DNA of 51,366 nt, counting the filler, from Catajapyx aquilonaris (taxonomy: Eukaryota), in assembly GCA_000934665.2 (NCBI GenBank). It is 2 parts of 2 records of this genome, joined end to end, with 100 filler letters (N's around TTAATTAATTAA, not from the genome) between each part and the next. Parts side by side here need not be neighbours in the genome. Positions count along the whole stretch, not along the records: positions 1 to 25,730 come from JYFJ02005347.1; 1 more part is not named here. One strand, written 5' to 3'. Every line of letters starts with the position of its first letter. Within the stretch, counting starts at the first letter, position 1. Positions 9,686-23,200 of this stretch are shown piece after piece. The notes under the pieces were generated by a model, which saw nothing but the letters and a program-made list of their open reading frames with translations, ran no database searches and was not told the DNA's origin. The position numbers and the translations under genes were made by a program.

Positions 9686-10640
9686 CAATTGATTGATTGA
9701 TTGATTTGTTCCCTTGGGTTAGTTTACCCTTTGGGAGGACTTCCTCTATATACATGTACACTTATATGACAAAGAACATTAACTCCTAAGTAATGACATT
9801 GTGTTCAACTAGGAACTTACAAATGTGCTTGCGCTTACAACAATTAGATACATGTTTTGGAGGACATACATTCGTAGCTAGGTCCCTTACTTTTATTTCA
9901 TTGTGTCACTCAAGTACAATATCTGAAAAGCGTAAATGCCTTGTGGTTCGCCTAAAATAGTCAAAAAGACCCGACAACACTTGTTCATGGGGGGTAATAA
10001 AAAATNCATACGTAATATCAATTGGTGATCCGTTCAGAGCATCTACCCCGTACTTCAAAAAAAAAAAAAAAACAGCTTTGATCTGTCCTACCCAATTATA
10101 CTGCAAAGGAGTGCCTATTCTATCAATCTGTAACGCACTGTCATCAGCCCTGCACAACAAAGATCCTTCATGTTTTGCTATTTGCTTAATCACTCTCACT
10201 TCAAGACGCCTGACTCCAGATTCAATTCTTATAAAACTTGTTGACGTTTCATAAGGTAGGGTAAATTTTTTTCTAAGAAATTGCGTTTGGACCTTTTCAA
10301 GCTCACCAATTATATGAGCCAAGCCCCATATTGGGAAAAGCATATTGCGCTATTGGAATAACTTTTGACTCAAATAGTTTCATTGCCACACCTAAATCCC
10401 TATTTTGAATACTACGAAGAAGAGGCCACCAGCAACCAATAGCTTCGTCTTTATCTTTATTTTTTTTAAGTAGCTAGTTTGTGAATATCTGGCTGTCGCC
10501 GCCAGTGGGACACCCAGGTATTTATACGCCTTGACAAATTCAATTTCCTTCCCACCGCAGAGAAACCTGTGTTTTTTGGGCAACCTTCCTCCTTTTCGGA
10601 AGCCCATCACTTTACTCTTTGCTACATCAATCTGCAAGGC
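9686..10640 (-). mobile_element. LINE RT thumb/post-RT fragment with (ATCA)n-type tail (CR1/L2-group-like)
   Basis: IDVAKSKVMGFRKGGRL...GKEIEFVKAYKYLGV and LEKVQTQFLRK...FIRIESG. (TTGA)n on the plus strand at ~9689-9706. Confidence 0.75.
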
Positions 10641-11061
10641 CCTTTTACATGGGCCTTACTCATGGATCTTTCACAAAGGCGTTTATATGGCGAAAGTGCC
10701 ATTTTGGCTTCACCCTTTACGAGTCAATGACAATGAGATACTCATGCTGCTGGGCGGGCTGGTCTGGGTGGCAACTGAGGAGGACGACGATATACACCAG
10801 GCATGCCGGAACAAGGTGTCCTGAAAACAATTAAAATTCCATTAGGATGAATCGAAGCCACTGGGATTCGTCCCAAAGCCCTTAATATCATTGAATCATT
10901 TGGAGGCCCTTGTCCTGGGATAAACTGTGCAGATGAAAACACTCCTAACCATCCAGAGTCATCAATAATAAGCCATGGGAAGATATTATCATTTCATATT
11001 TATGCCTTTAGACTTGCAAAAGAAACTGTCAGTAGAATAGAAGACATGGTCCTAAACATAT

Positions 11062-12489
11062 CCCAGGTAGCACAGACATATCGGCCCAATGTAGGTAGAA
11101 CGGCTGAGCCAATATCGGTACAATATTGGGTGACGATATTGGACCAACCTAAAAGTGTTAACCTTTTGCCTCAGTTGGCCCAATATTGGGTGACAATATC
11201 GGCCTAATATCGTCACCCAATATTGTACCGATATTGGGATTGGCGATTGGGGAGGCAAAATGTGCACTGCTTCATGTCGGTCCAATAACTGCTGGCGACA
11301 TTGGACCGAAATATTGACTCATCCGTTATGCCAATATTTGGCCAGTGTCGCCAGTCAATCTATATAGGTACGTTAACACACTGTAATAAAAATAGTTTTA
11401 AGGAAATCTCCGAACATTTTTAAATCTCCCAATGGGACCTCATAACACTATATGTACATCCAAAACCTTCGATGACAGGGAAAAAGAAGCATAACCACCG
11501 GAATGCCACAGTTACATTTCTGCTATACAGGGTTATTCTGAATAAAGTGTGCAAATTTTGAGGACGAGTGATAAGAGTGATTAGAATCACATACATTAAA
11601 ATGTTTGATGCTTCAGTACGACAACATATCTTTCTTCCATAGCCAAGCACTGATGACCTATCTGTGACACAAGTGTGCATTTTTTACAAGTGGGCATTGT
11701 GACATTTTCCAATATTATTTTATACACTGAAATGTAGAGGATGATTTGCAGGGATAGTCATAAAAATCACCAAGCACTGGAACTCTGTGAAACACTATAT
11801 CCACTGACTCTGGCGTGACAGGCGAATCAGGATTCATGCTCTGAAAAAAATAGTGATCGCGATTCGTCATGGCAAATTCCATCCCGGAATTAAAAGGGGA
11901 GCGATCCTCATCTGGATGCAGAGATCTCCCACATTATATCAAACTTTGGCACCAAACTTTCACTCCTCCAGCAATCCCAACACCGGCCAACACAGTCACT
12001 TCAGCATTGTCCTGTCCTGATAAGTCTCCGCTGCGCCGTTATCATTTTGATGGGCCCCGGGTTGCTGTAGGCCTGTAGGTAGACCAAGGGCGGAGAAGGA
12101 GCCGAGATCACCGCGCAGTTCCACTCGTCCTTATGCCTGACTAGACTCAACTCGTGACGTCACGCATAAAGCTGCTACCGTTATTATCTGCCTTCGCACG
12201 AGTTAATTAGCACGGGGATAATAGGTCGGCTCCCTACATTCGGCCAAGATTGGCCACAGACTGGTAAGTCGGCCGACATTTGCCGACCTTCACACGACAT
12301 CGGCCCGACATTGGTTCCTACGTTGGGCGACTTTTTGTGCTACTTGGCGAGTTTGAATGGCAATGGATCTGCTGCCAATATCGGCCGAATATTGGCTTCA
12401 GACTGGCTAGATAGGCCAATATTGCCCAAGATTCAAGATATTGGGCCAACATTCGTCCAATATTGGCCCAACTTTTTGTGCTACCTGGG
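11062..12489. mobile_element. Non-autonomous EnSpm/CACTA-type DNA transposon
   Basis: Perfect 13-bp TIRs CCCAGGTAGCACA / TGTGCTACCTGGG and a 2-bp TSD AT. Dense subterminal CCAATAT(C/T)GG repeats occur in both orientations at both ends. Confidence 0.85.
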
Positions 12490-12833
12490 ATATTCCTTTC
12501 CCTTTTCCTCTCACTCCAGGAATCAAGCCAGGGCAGACTGGCAATGATGTCACAAAGTTTCAAATTATAGCTCATCTGCATCACCAGACCTTCAGTCATC
12601 AAACTTAACCTGGGTAATATTGCGCAGAGAAGATATCAAGGAATCTAGATCTGAGAGTCTTTGGTACTGCCATGTTCGCATGTGTGGCTCTTATACAAAG
12701 CCACAGGGGGGTCCTCCCTCTCGCCTGAGGAGTCATCTGACTCATCCTCAGGAAGGACTCCTGTGGCTCAGGAGGCTCCTCTCTCACGACTCCTCTGGCG
12801 TTAAAGAAGAAAAACCAGCATTTAGCCATACTG

Positions 12834-12835
<2 letters not shown>

Positions 12836-12889
<54 letters not shown>
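12836..12889. repeat. (TAA)n microsatellite, ~18 units
   Basis: Directly visible; may be a minus-strand retroposon tail. Confidence 0.95.
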
Positions 12890-12890
<1 letters not shown>

Positions 12891-13962
12891 CCTGAGCTTT
12901 ATAAAATAGAATGGCATGGGCCCAGGAACCCTACAAAAAAAATATTCATAATTTTGTGACAAAAGGTTCTAGAGATATAAAGCCTCAAACAAGGCAATTT
13001 TTCCGACTGGCTGCATGAATGCATTGAGAGGAATGGACATTGCAATTTCTTTTAAAAGTTAAGAGATTTTCTTATGTATGGCACATGCCACAGGAATGCA
13101 AATGTCCGAATTCAAAATGTGCACATTTTTCTCTGGATCTTTCCCTAACTGGCCAAACCACTGGGTTCAATGGGTTGGTTGAATCTGGTGCATTTGTGTT
13201 TAGGCAAATACGGGGGTTCTAGGGAATGTGGATTCAGGCACTGATGTCTGTATGTACCCAAGGTTTAGCGCTGAAAAAATGTGGCATTTTTTTCTTTTCT
13301 TGACATATTAATATTTATCAAGGATGAGGACTCTATTTGATGACAATTATTGTGGTTAACCCAGAGAGCAACTTTCAGCAGTGGCTTAGAGCAGAAATCA
13401 AACTTTCAATAAAATCATATTCCAGCACCATTCATTCCATAAAATGATATGCATCATAACTATTATGACCAACATGCAAGAGAAAATTAACCAAGTACAA
13501 TTTTGGCAGTTTACAGTTACACCACAAACAAGTAAATCATTCTTTCTGCTGTCCCCTGGTAATATCCAGAATTTAGTCCTGCAGATTCATAATGAGCCAA
13601 AAAGCAGAGATTTTCTGCATTAGCTAGCTATAGCTGTTGCTACTGTCAGCAGCGGATACTTTACACAGCTTTGAAGGCTTCCCATTAACTGCATATGCAA
13701 TGTAAATGTGAGATTTCTAAACCATTGTACAGGCCAACATGTAGATGTGATGCAGGATTATACGCATGTATATGATTTTACTAATCAGTATGAAAAATAA
13801 AAATCCTCTCTGTAGAGTTACCCCTCGGGGCACGTCACTTCAACCTAAAATATCATTACATCGCATAATAAGAGAGCAGGAGGAATGAGATGGCAAATGC
13901 AGTGTCTACAATAATTTTAAGGACATTCCTTTCCAGAACATGAACCAATTCATGGTGAGGTA

Positions 13963-14340
13963 CACTTTAAAATAATAGTTGAGTGGGGAAGACCCGGCCA
14001 ATATGGCCTTGCACCCCAGCTGGAGCAAAGCTCCTCAAAATTCTACTGGAGTTGAGGACCAAGAATGCCATAACCCTAAAACCAAGAACCTCCCAGGCTT
14101 AAAACTAAAATGGAAAAGCCGTCTCGAGACAGAAACCCCAAAGGAAAATCCAATAAATGGACTGTGTCTACATGAACAAGGAACCTAACCTAGAACTAAG
14201 ACCTAATAAATGATCGCAAATGCCTCCATTCAGGCCTATTTATTCAGCTCCCTCAGCAGGACATCTACAGCCAGACATAAAGCGTTGAAGCTCTCAAAGA
14301 GGACGCCAAATACACGGCGTGGGGACGGGGGCCACCCTGC
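13963..14340 (-). mobile_element. Probable LINE/SINE 3' end with terminal stem-loop
   Basis: Ends GGGGTGCAAGGCCATATTGGCCGGGTCTTCCCCACTCAACTATTATTT. A near-identical tail occurs as a TSD-flanked insertion at 41128-41182. The upstream boundary is approximate. Confidence 0.55.
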
Positions 14341-14404
14341 TCCACAGGCAAAATGTTATTTGCCACTAATATAACGACCGATAAATACTGGTACCGGTAT
14401 TTAA

Positions 14405-14689
14405 CTCTGGAACCGTGACGTGGGGACTTTTAGGACCCCAAAGTAATTAAAATGCATTAAAATGATAATTACAATAAACTGTTGCCATTTGTAAAAAGTG
14501 TATAACATGAAGTGCATGTTTATTTTGAATTAGGGATCATTTTAGGCAATATTGTTCAAAGAATGATTGCATAAATCCAATGCATTGAAAAGGTATTATA
14601 TAAAAATTAATAAAAATAAAATATGGAAGGGGTCCTAAAAGACCCAATGCACGGTTAAGGTAACTTTCAGGAACGTCATGGTTCCAGGG
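14405..14689. mobile_element. TTAA-targeting MITE (piggyBac-like)
   Basis: TTAA at 14401-14404 and 14690-14693. 17-bp TIRs C(T/C)CTGGAACC(G/A)TGACGT. Internal inverted TTTTAGGACCCC / GGGGTCCTAAAA motifs. Confidence 0.8.
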
Positions 14690-15381
14690 TTAAAATACAC
14701 TGGGTAACACAATGAAGCCTTATTAGTAGAAAATTTCTCAAACAGTGGTGGTGTGACCACCCGAAGGTGCGTGGTGACAAACAACTCGTGGGTGACTTGT
14801 ACTAATATCAGTTTATTGTAACGTCAATTCTCGAACAATAGTAGAAGTTATGATGGAGGAAGGAGGGAGGTGTACGGAAAGGGAGTGGACCCCGGTGTGT
14901 CCGCAAGGACACACCGAAAGACCTCGAGTCAGGCGTATTCCCACCAATATATAGTCGGGGAAAGCCCAAAGGCTGATGGGAAAAAGGCCGGAAGAAGCGA
15001 GAGTGCCCCAAAGGATGATGGGAAAAGCTCTGGGGGTTTACACGTCAAATGGAGTAAGCCAGGATGTTCACACACCTCCCCATTCAACTGGCGGCCACGA
15101 GAATCGTGGACGTCAAACACTTCCATCGGTTACACACATGATAATGACAGGGTACAAGTCAAATCGAAAGTACACAATAGGACAATGAAGCAGCAACAAC
15201 TAAATAAGCAGCCGACGACGACACTACATCACTTTCATGTGGGGGGGGGGGGGGGTCGTCGACAGAGCAAGGGACAGTTTCTTCAGGTATCACAAGACAC
15301 ATCACTTATCCTAGTATAGAGTTGTCTGCAACATCTCACATACACTTATACATACACATGAGCACGGTCCCCTACAATGTG

Positions 15382-15963
15382 CTACTCATCGGAGGACGAG
15401 ATGTCCACATCAATGACGCCGTCACGGCTCGTCCCAGCGGTTGGTTCATCCTTGCTCGTCGATGGTCCAGGAACTGCAGCACCAGAAGGTCCGTCCTGTC
15501 GTTGGCTACCAGAGATCCCTCGGAATACACGGAAACGTGTGGCGAAAGAGCGGCGAGTGTTGGATGGCGTCTCGCCCCACGGGTTGGTCCCTGTAAGGAT
15601 CTTTCGGCCGTAGTCCAGGTCACATTCCCATCTCGAAAAGAAGTCGGCAGCCAACGTGACCGGCAGGACCGAGTCTGGAACAATGGTAATTTCCTTCCTG
15701 ATGGTCAGGCCGCCCACTTCAATGGGAAGAGCAATCCGTCCCATCGCTTGTACAATCCGGCCGTCTGCAAGTTGGATTTCGCCATCGTACTGGTGACGGA
15801 TGGGAGGCAGCTGGTCTGCAGGCATCCTCTGTAAGAAGCTGGCAGCAACCGTAGACAAATCAGACACACTGTCCAACAGCGCCCTGGTCCGGTGACCACC
15901 AGTACGGATGTATACTGTGGTAGCAGCCGCAGTATGGCGCGATGGTCCAGCCTGAGCCATCAT
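15382..15963 (-). pseudogene. Retropepsin-type aspartic protease remnant
   Basis: VYIRTGGHRTRALLDSVSDLSTV (LDSG to LDSV), IQLADGRIVQAMGRIALPIEVGG, VTLAADFF. Confidence 0.8.
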
Positions 15964-16060
15964 TCAAGGGAAGGAGACTAACCAGTCCTCGTTGAAAAAC
16001 GTCTGCAATCTGATAAATTTGCCGCAACAACCCTGGGTTTATATAGGTCCTCCTCGTATG

Positions 16061-16380
16061 CACACACACACACACACACACACATGTTATAAAGTGCTAT
16101 CCTTGTGAGGGTCTGGCAAAAATAAAAATTTAAAACTAACCTAACCTAACCTAACCTAACCTAACCTACAAAATACACACGAAATTTTGGTGACCTATTT
16201 TTTCACAGTAAAAAGGAGGTCTTGGTTTGATTTTCCGCCATCCTTGTGAGGACTGTGTACGTTATGAGGGCCTGAAAAAAGTCCTCGTAAGGTTTTCGGT
16301 CCTCACAAGGATAGGAAACTTGCGAAAAATATCCTCACAAGGATAGCAATGTCTGACCACCCACACACACACACACACAC
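16061..16380. mobile_element. MITE embedded in (CA)n with internal (CCTAA)n array; EnSpm-like
   Basis: (CA)n at 16061-16084 and 16362-16380. 16-bp perfect inverted repeats TGCTATCCTTGTGAGG (16095-16110 and 16333-16348) with extra internal copies. (CTAAC)6 at 16136-16165. Confidence 0.7.
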
Positions 16381-17723
16381 TACCCCGATATTAGCCCCCA
16401 TTTCTTCCTACCCCATTTCTCTCGGTTGGAGAAAAGGTCTATCCAACTAGCAGGATCCGTGCTGGAGGATAGCCGGAGAAATGGTCCTCCCCCACCTTAT
16501 TGCTCGGTTCTCACCTCGACATCAAACCGGAAAAAAAAACTTCCACGCACTGTTTGGGCGTGAAGTAAAAAAAAAAGGCCAGGGTCACACAGGCTGATTA
16601 GGAACCACAATGCATCCGACGAAAGGGTTGCATGAATAGTGGAAATGCTTCCATTAATAAGGTTCATTAATCTGGGGGATTATTTTACAGGGGTGTCCCA
16701 TGTCTCATTACACAAACACATAACTCCGATTCCGCACACATTTCAGACTCACGTGTAGTTGGCAGATTCACTGTCATTTAGTACGTTCGTATGCAGGTCT
16801 GGCCGTCCGTATCCATAACTCACACCGGCGGCTTCAGGTCCTCTCTCAGTTGAACGTACATAGTCACAAGCGGGAAGACTCCTCGGCGACGACTAGCAGA
16901 TGCCATCAGGTCCGTAGTTGGTACGTACTCGTAAGACCTGACTGAACGCCGTGCGCACAGGCAGAGTTGCCCAACAAGGGTGTACTCTACGGAAGACACT
17001 TCCGCAATAGTGACCGTAAATACTGGGTTATGTATCAGGTCTGAAATTTTGGCTTTCCGTGTATTGGATGCACGTAGCCGAGTCGTTGACTTATTCAGCA
17101 CAGGGGAAAAAGTGCACGGTCAAACGACGCTGTCGACCGTGGGTGTACCGGGTAAGCACTCCACCACGGGGACAAAAGGAAAGGGAAGGGGGGGATAGAG
17201 CAATGCTCCAAGGAAGGGATGACTCCGTGTCAATTGCACACGTAGTCGTAAGGATAACTCCATGTACAGGGTACACCCGCGAGCATAAAGATGGAGACCG
17301 CAGGCCCTCACCTTCGGCAGGCTGCTCTGCCAATCTCAGCAATTACGGTATCAAATACACTGTCATAAATACACGAACACACGCCTGAAGCAGCTAACTC
17401 GGTCCAAAAAGAGTTCATTAATTTGAGTCGGATAAAGAAAGGTCAAAAAAGGGCCTGCCGTCTCCATCTTTATGCTCGCGGGGGTACGTAAGGGATAATG
17501 AGCAAAACGTAGCTCGATCGAGGGTACGAGTGCCTCGGTCCTCGCAAAAGGGACAATTGAGCGCCTTAGGCTCGGAAGGATAGGTGAACTGAGAAGTTCG
17601 TAAGGATAAAGATGGATCAAAACAGTGGACGGGGATGAGTTCACGTAAGAGGATCCATTCAATAGAAAGGAATTTACAAGGGAAGGGTAAAAGACATTAC
17701 CAGATGTAGACAAGACAGTACTC

Positions 17724-17741
17724 ATCCCACTTCTGACACCA
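17724..17741 (-). promoter_or_regulatory. Primer binding site complementary to tRNA-Leu 3' end
   Basis: Minus-strand TGGTGTCAGAAGTGGGAT lies 4 nt inside the 5' LTR. The plus strand ATCCCACTTCTGACACCA matches the 3' end of metazoan tRNA-Leu including CCA. Confidence 0.85.
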
Positions 17742-18649
17742 TTTATGTGACCACCCGAAGGTGGTGACAAACAACTCGTGGGTGACTTGTACTAATATCA
17801 GTTTATTGTAACGTCAATTCTCGAACAATAGTAGAAGTTATGATGGAGGAAGGAGGGGGGTGTACGGAAAGGGAGTGGACCCCGGGGTGTCCGCAAGTAC
17901 ACACCGAAAGACCTCGAGTCAGGCATATTCCCACCAATATATAGTCGGGGAAAGCCCAAAGGCTGATGGGAGGATGGGAAAAAGGCCGGAAGAAGCGAGA
18001 GTGCCCCAAAGGATGATGGGAAAAGCTCTGGGGGTTTACACGTCAAATGGAGTAAGCCAGGATGCCACGAAAACCTAACTTAACAGGTATTTGTAAAATA
18101 TCATGACTAATCTACACAAATGTAGGATCAGCATAATTCATTACAACTGAGCTCTTGCCTACTTCCGGAATGTCCTAGACCAGAGATTCCTAGCCTTTTC
18201 GACATGACGCCCCCCTTTTCGTTTTCACCAAAAACTCACGCCCCCCCCCCCTCCCCCACCCCCAATGAATTTCAGTAAGAGTTTCTTGAAAGAAAATTTT
18301 ATAACTGACAAGGGAACGGTACTTGCTGTAAGTTGAGTTGCCCTATGACACTTGGCATAGGGCAAGAATCCATATGGTTGATGCGAAAAGTGAAGTCCGT
18401 TGCGGCTGACATCCAAGAGTTTACGAGATAATGGCTTCTGAAGTTTTCTGTAGCAGCTGACGTGGTGGTGGTATTTCTCAGGATAACTAGTTGAGGTATA
18501 GAAAATAGCATGTCTGTCATCTATTTATTTACAGTGTTTACAACCTTTATGATAAGCAATTGTGAACATTAATGATATCATACTCGAAGCAATAATAATT
18601 TGATTCTAGATACAATATTGTTCCCGAGATTGTTCCGTGCTTTGAACTT

Positions 18650-19540
18650 GGTCACCCATGATGGTGATGCTTTGAAAAATGTGTTTGGATTAACAGCTCT
18701 TCTGTGTTCCAGGGCAACTGCAGTAATGTAATGTCATGAATGATGGCATGAGAGCCTACAAGTCTCTTAAAATGTGCCAAAGTGCATCTGTTGATTTCTC
18801 GGTGCGCTTCCTGTGCTATTCCAAACGGACCTACCCGCAGACGTAAGGCATATTGAGTTAGACTGTTCATTTGATGTCCTTTCAACTGTTTAAAACTATT
18901 GGTAAGTGACGTCCATGATCGACGATCCCACTTTTCAAATCTTGTGCCATCATATGGGCAATTCCACGTGAACGTGACCACCTTTTGCACGAAAAAATTT
19001 GCTCGTCGATGAGTGTGAGATATGTTTGAGTCCATGTCAAGTTATGACCTTTCCCACAAGGATTTGGTCCGCCGATGCGTGGTTGCCTATCTACAGGCGC
19101 TAATTGCACTTGGATCACAGGTAGAGATTCCAGGGGTTGAGACGTTTCGTTGTTGATCGGTCCATCGGTGAATCTCTTCCTCTTTTCGATCTTCCGTATG
19201 GTCCAGTAGACTGTGGACCGTCCCTCTGTGCTTGGGCCCCATCCTTCTGTTGCTGTTGACTACAATTTGCTCTAACCCTCTCCACAAGTGCGTCCCTTTC
19301 CTCGTTTAGATCAAACTGCTTCCCGTTAATGACCAAAATGGTTCACACGCAAAAAGGCCCTCTGATTTTTGGCCTTGGCCTCACGCAGAAACGGAACTAA
19401 ATCACGCCTCTGCTCGCGTGTTTCCTGCGAAAAGTCATCCGATATGGAATAGTTTGTTCCTGCCAGGTGTTTGGCATTGCGTAGTATCACATCTCTATCC
19501 GGGAAACGTAAGAATTTCACTATTATGGGTCTGAAGATTT
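18650..19540 (-). mobile_element. Degenerate LINE 5' part: CR1/L2-type ORF1 C-terminus and endonuclease start
   Basis: RPIIVKFLRFPDRDVILRNAKHLAGTNYSISDDFSQETREQRRDLVPFLREAK...(L)VINGKQF is typical of ORF1. Downstream TWNC and DITLLQLPW resemble APE motifs. Confidence 0.7.
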
Positions 19541-20228
19541 GCTCGATTCCAGATAGGCACCGCCATGAATGCTACAGAATGATTTTGAATAGAGCGCCTG
19601 CTGCTAAAACCCTTATTCCCCTGTCTCAAATTAACCAGCAAGAACACAACTGTTTATTATTATCGTGTTTCAGGTGACCTCCCAACACGTTTCCGTGGCA
19701 AACCCTCACGTTACCATGGGGAATACCCAAACCCTCCAAAAGGAGTACACAGCTTCAACAATGGAACACTTGCTTATTTTCATTTATTCATTGTTAATGA
19801 TACAACCTGTATAATTTTTCAACTCTGATCAGAACCCGGCCCCGGGGACAGTAGGAGCCCTTACCATGCCGACCGGCGAGGAGCAGCATGAGTAGTTGTT
19901 GGTGGATGAGCCAGGCTGAGCCAGGCTTCGCAGCCCCGAGTTTGAAAGACCTAGCTACAATGCCATCGTATGTAACTGTGGAGGACAAGCTAGAGAAGCA
20001 GTAAAAGCGTATTGCGACCTGGAGACCGGTCGCAAGGTGCACAATGGTGAGGACCCACTCGAATGTCCTCATTGCAGTCGAGCGCACATCAAGGTGAGTG
20101 CAAGACTTATCCAGAACATGCTTTGGCTCACCATTGCTTGCAGAACACTGAAGTTAATGTTTATTGATGGCATGGTATGGCCAGGCCTCCCATCGGCTAG
20201 GAAGTTCAACTGACCAGGCACGCAGAAG

Positions 20229-23200
20229 GAGGAGACTAATGGGGCCTACATAATGTGGGCAGTAAAGTGTGCTCAAATGTACTCAAGTTAGAGGTACTCA
20301 AATCTTACCAATCTCCAGCCCCAGCACAGTATACGTATGTGGCAACGAGACTTACACTTATTGACCATACGCCGTGAGCATGGACAAAAAACCGACTTCT
20401 TTTCTTTCAGCAAAAGCAGGAGGGTACCAATGTACCCTTTCGACGCAATGGAATTAATATGAATCACCTAAGCCAATCTATACGTACGTAATATTTGAGT
20501 ACATTTGTGGTCTTTTACGTGACATGCCTGATATTAATATAATATTACTATTGAAATTAATGGCTTTCATTTAAATCTTTCAGAATTACAACGGAAGATA
20601 CTGAACTATCTTCATTAGTGCTGCGATGACGCTTTTCGCTTCTGAGGACCCTTCACAACTTTCGAGTTTCGCAAGTTTAATATGGCATCAGAAAACAATA
20701 AAATATAGACAGTAGTTGTCATTTTTATTTTTGTATCATTGGTAGTGCGGATGAGAATTCCTTCCTAAGACCACCAACATGAGTGAATCACCCAGCCACT
20801 GACAACGATAAAGCCGTGCCGAAACAGTAACTGGTTTTCGCAACAACTTCAAACAAGCGTCGTTATACCATGACCAGTCACCAAGAAGCATGATCTCATC
20901 CAAAACAAGTGTCTTTGGAGACGCCAAGTGCTTGGACATATGCTTTGGTCTACCGTCGCTATTCCCACTCAGAAATCATAGAAGTTTTATGCCCAGGACA
21001 TTTAATATAGTTGTAACTAAATTAAACGAGCGGAGGCGTCTCCTTCTTTTGAAGGGCCGCCAGAAGAAATGCGGCAACACAAAAAGACGGATATAACGAC
21101 ATGTCATCTCAGCATCATCACGCTGGTCCAGCATGATCTTGACAGGCCTGCAAGCGTAGCATGATAAATGCCACTAGAACACTAGAACGACAAAACTTGA
21201 GTGGACCACTTTACATGACCTACTACGTGTATTGACAGCATCGATTTCCACTGTCCAGTACATACTTTGTTTTTGATTACATTAAGGGTGGACATAGTCC
21301 AAGTCATATAATGTCATATTCACTCTATAAATTTTCGAGTGAAAAACAACTCGATTCGAGTGATTTTTCACTCTTTCTTCTACTTGAATAGACTCCCTTC
21401 CTTTTAGAGCGAAAATCACTCGATGACTTGAGTGAAAAATTTTCACTCAGATTGAGCGATGATTTCACTCAAAGTGAGTGGATTTTCCACTCACTTTGAG
21501 CCAAATGACCACTCAATTCGAGTAAAACCACCACTCTTTTGAATCTCCTCTCCCCCTTCCACTCTGGGACACTGAAAATTGAAAGAAGTCAAGTACAAGT
21601 TATTTTCAGAGGAAACAATTATTTTGACCCATACAAATAACTTATACCCCATCGACATGTCTCATGCACTGCAGGCATGGCCGCACTTTCCTTCCACAAC
21701 AGGACGGGTCTGGCTTGTGATTAGGAAGACTGCTCCAGGCAGATGAACTCCAGAACATGGAAGAGAGCAGCGGCGCCAAAGAAATTCCCTTATAATATCC
21801 TTGAAAACCGAAGAGAAGTCATCGTCCGAAAAGGAGAAGAAGGATGACGTGGACAAGAAAGAGAACACTCCTCCCTGCATGCCATAAAGGAAGTGAGATA
21901 TAGGGTCGGTGTAACACTTTTTAGTCCGGACTATTTAATTCAGTTACATATGCATTTAGGCAAAGGTTTTTAACATGGTGGAAATAAGGCAACATTCCTC
22001 TTTGTAAAATTGTCATAATGAAATCTTAAGATTAAAAAATGGATAGATTTATCAATATTTTTCCCAGACAAGGCATCAGAGTGTTATCATTGGTAGTGAT
22101 GTGAACCAATATTTCGAGTCTCATAAACTTGATGACGATGCAGCGAATCCCATGAAAGTATAACTGGCAATAATAACACATGATGTTATTCGGCCATATG
22201 GACCTTAGAATATTTGTAAAAAGAAACGCTATATGAATCCTATTAGTTCATACAGATCGTCTTCGAAGGTAACTGACCAACCCACAACAAACCAACGAGC
22301 CTCATACCTTGGACGACCTTCTCGGAAAGTGATTACATTCGACGAAGACGTTCCGCTTCTAGACAGCCAACATCTAGTGCATAGGTGCCTTGAAGATGAC
22401 AACGATAAAGCCGTGCTGAAACAGTAAGTGGTTTTCGCATCAACTTCAAACAAGTCGTTTCCATGACCTGTCACCAAGAAGCATGATCTCCTCCAAAACA
22501 AGTGTCTTTGGAGCTTGCTTTGGAGACACCAAGTGCTTGGGCTCACCATTGCTTGCAGAACACTAAAGTGAATGTTTATTGATGGTACAGTATGGTAACC
22601 CATACGATATTACGCATTGCGCCCAAGAGAGGAGCCAATCATTGATGAAGGCCGCCGAAGTGGACGTCCTGGTCAGCAGGGTCCGATCCAAGTAAGCGTA
22701 GCAACAGAGGCCTATTTGCCTGGCACACTCTAGATCTAGAATGACGAGTGACAGGTAGGTCTGACCCGCCAGGGACCAGATTTTTCACTCGAGTGTCCAA
22801 ACTGGTGCTCAAAAAGTTCAACGAGTCCGTGATAGCAGGAGTACCACAGAGTACTTTGAAGCGACATATGTAAATACACCATCGACATGTCTCATTGCCT
22901 TCAGGCATGGCCTCACTTTCCTTCCACAGCAGGACGAGTTAGGCTTGTGATTATAAGACTGCCCCAGGGGGACGGCGCCCTTCAAGGAATGTGAGAGAGC
23001 AGCCCGACCTGTAGGAGATTGGTCAATCCTCTCATAATATCCTTGAAAGACAATCATGTTCTTAGTCCTTCCCAAATCCATAGACCACACAGGCTTAGCA
23101 CAAAATCACAATCCTCCATGTTCAGGGCACTTAGGTGTGAAAAAACAAAAAGATCAGGCATGTGACAGTATCATGATAAACGTCACTACATCATCACACG

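Larger units (their letters stand above)
14752..18069 (-). mobile_element. Non-autonomous Gypsy-type LTR retroelement (~3.3 kb)
   Basis: Direct repeats of ~320 bp at 14752-15072 (TGTGACCA...TGTTCACA) and 17746-~18069. The PBS lies next to the right LTR and a purine tract (minus GAATGGGGAGGTG) next to the left LTR. There is an internal retropepsin ORF and no RT or integrase. Confidence 0.9.

Noticed and set aside
11080..11345. CRISPR-like array of CCAATATTGG repeats
   Set aside because: Irregular spacing, both orientations and a eukaryotic context; explained as EnSpm subterminal repeats.
16136..16168. Real telomere or chromosome-fusion site
   Set aside because: Only six units, nested inside a MITE within an LTR element.
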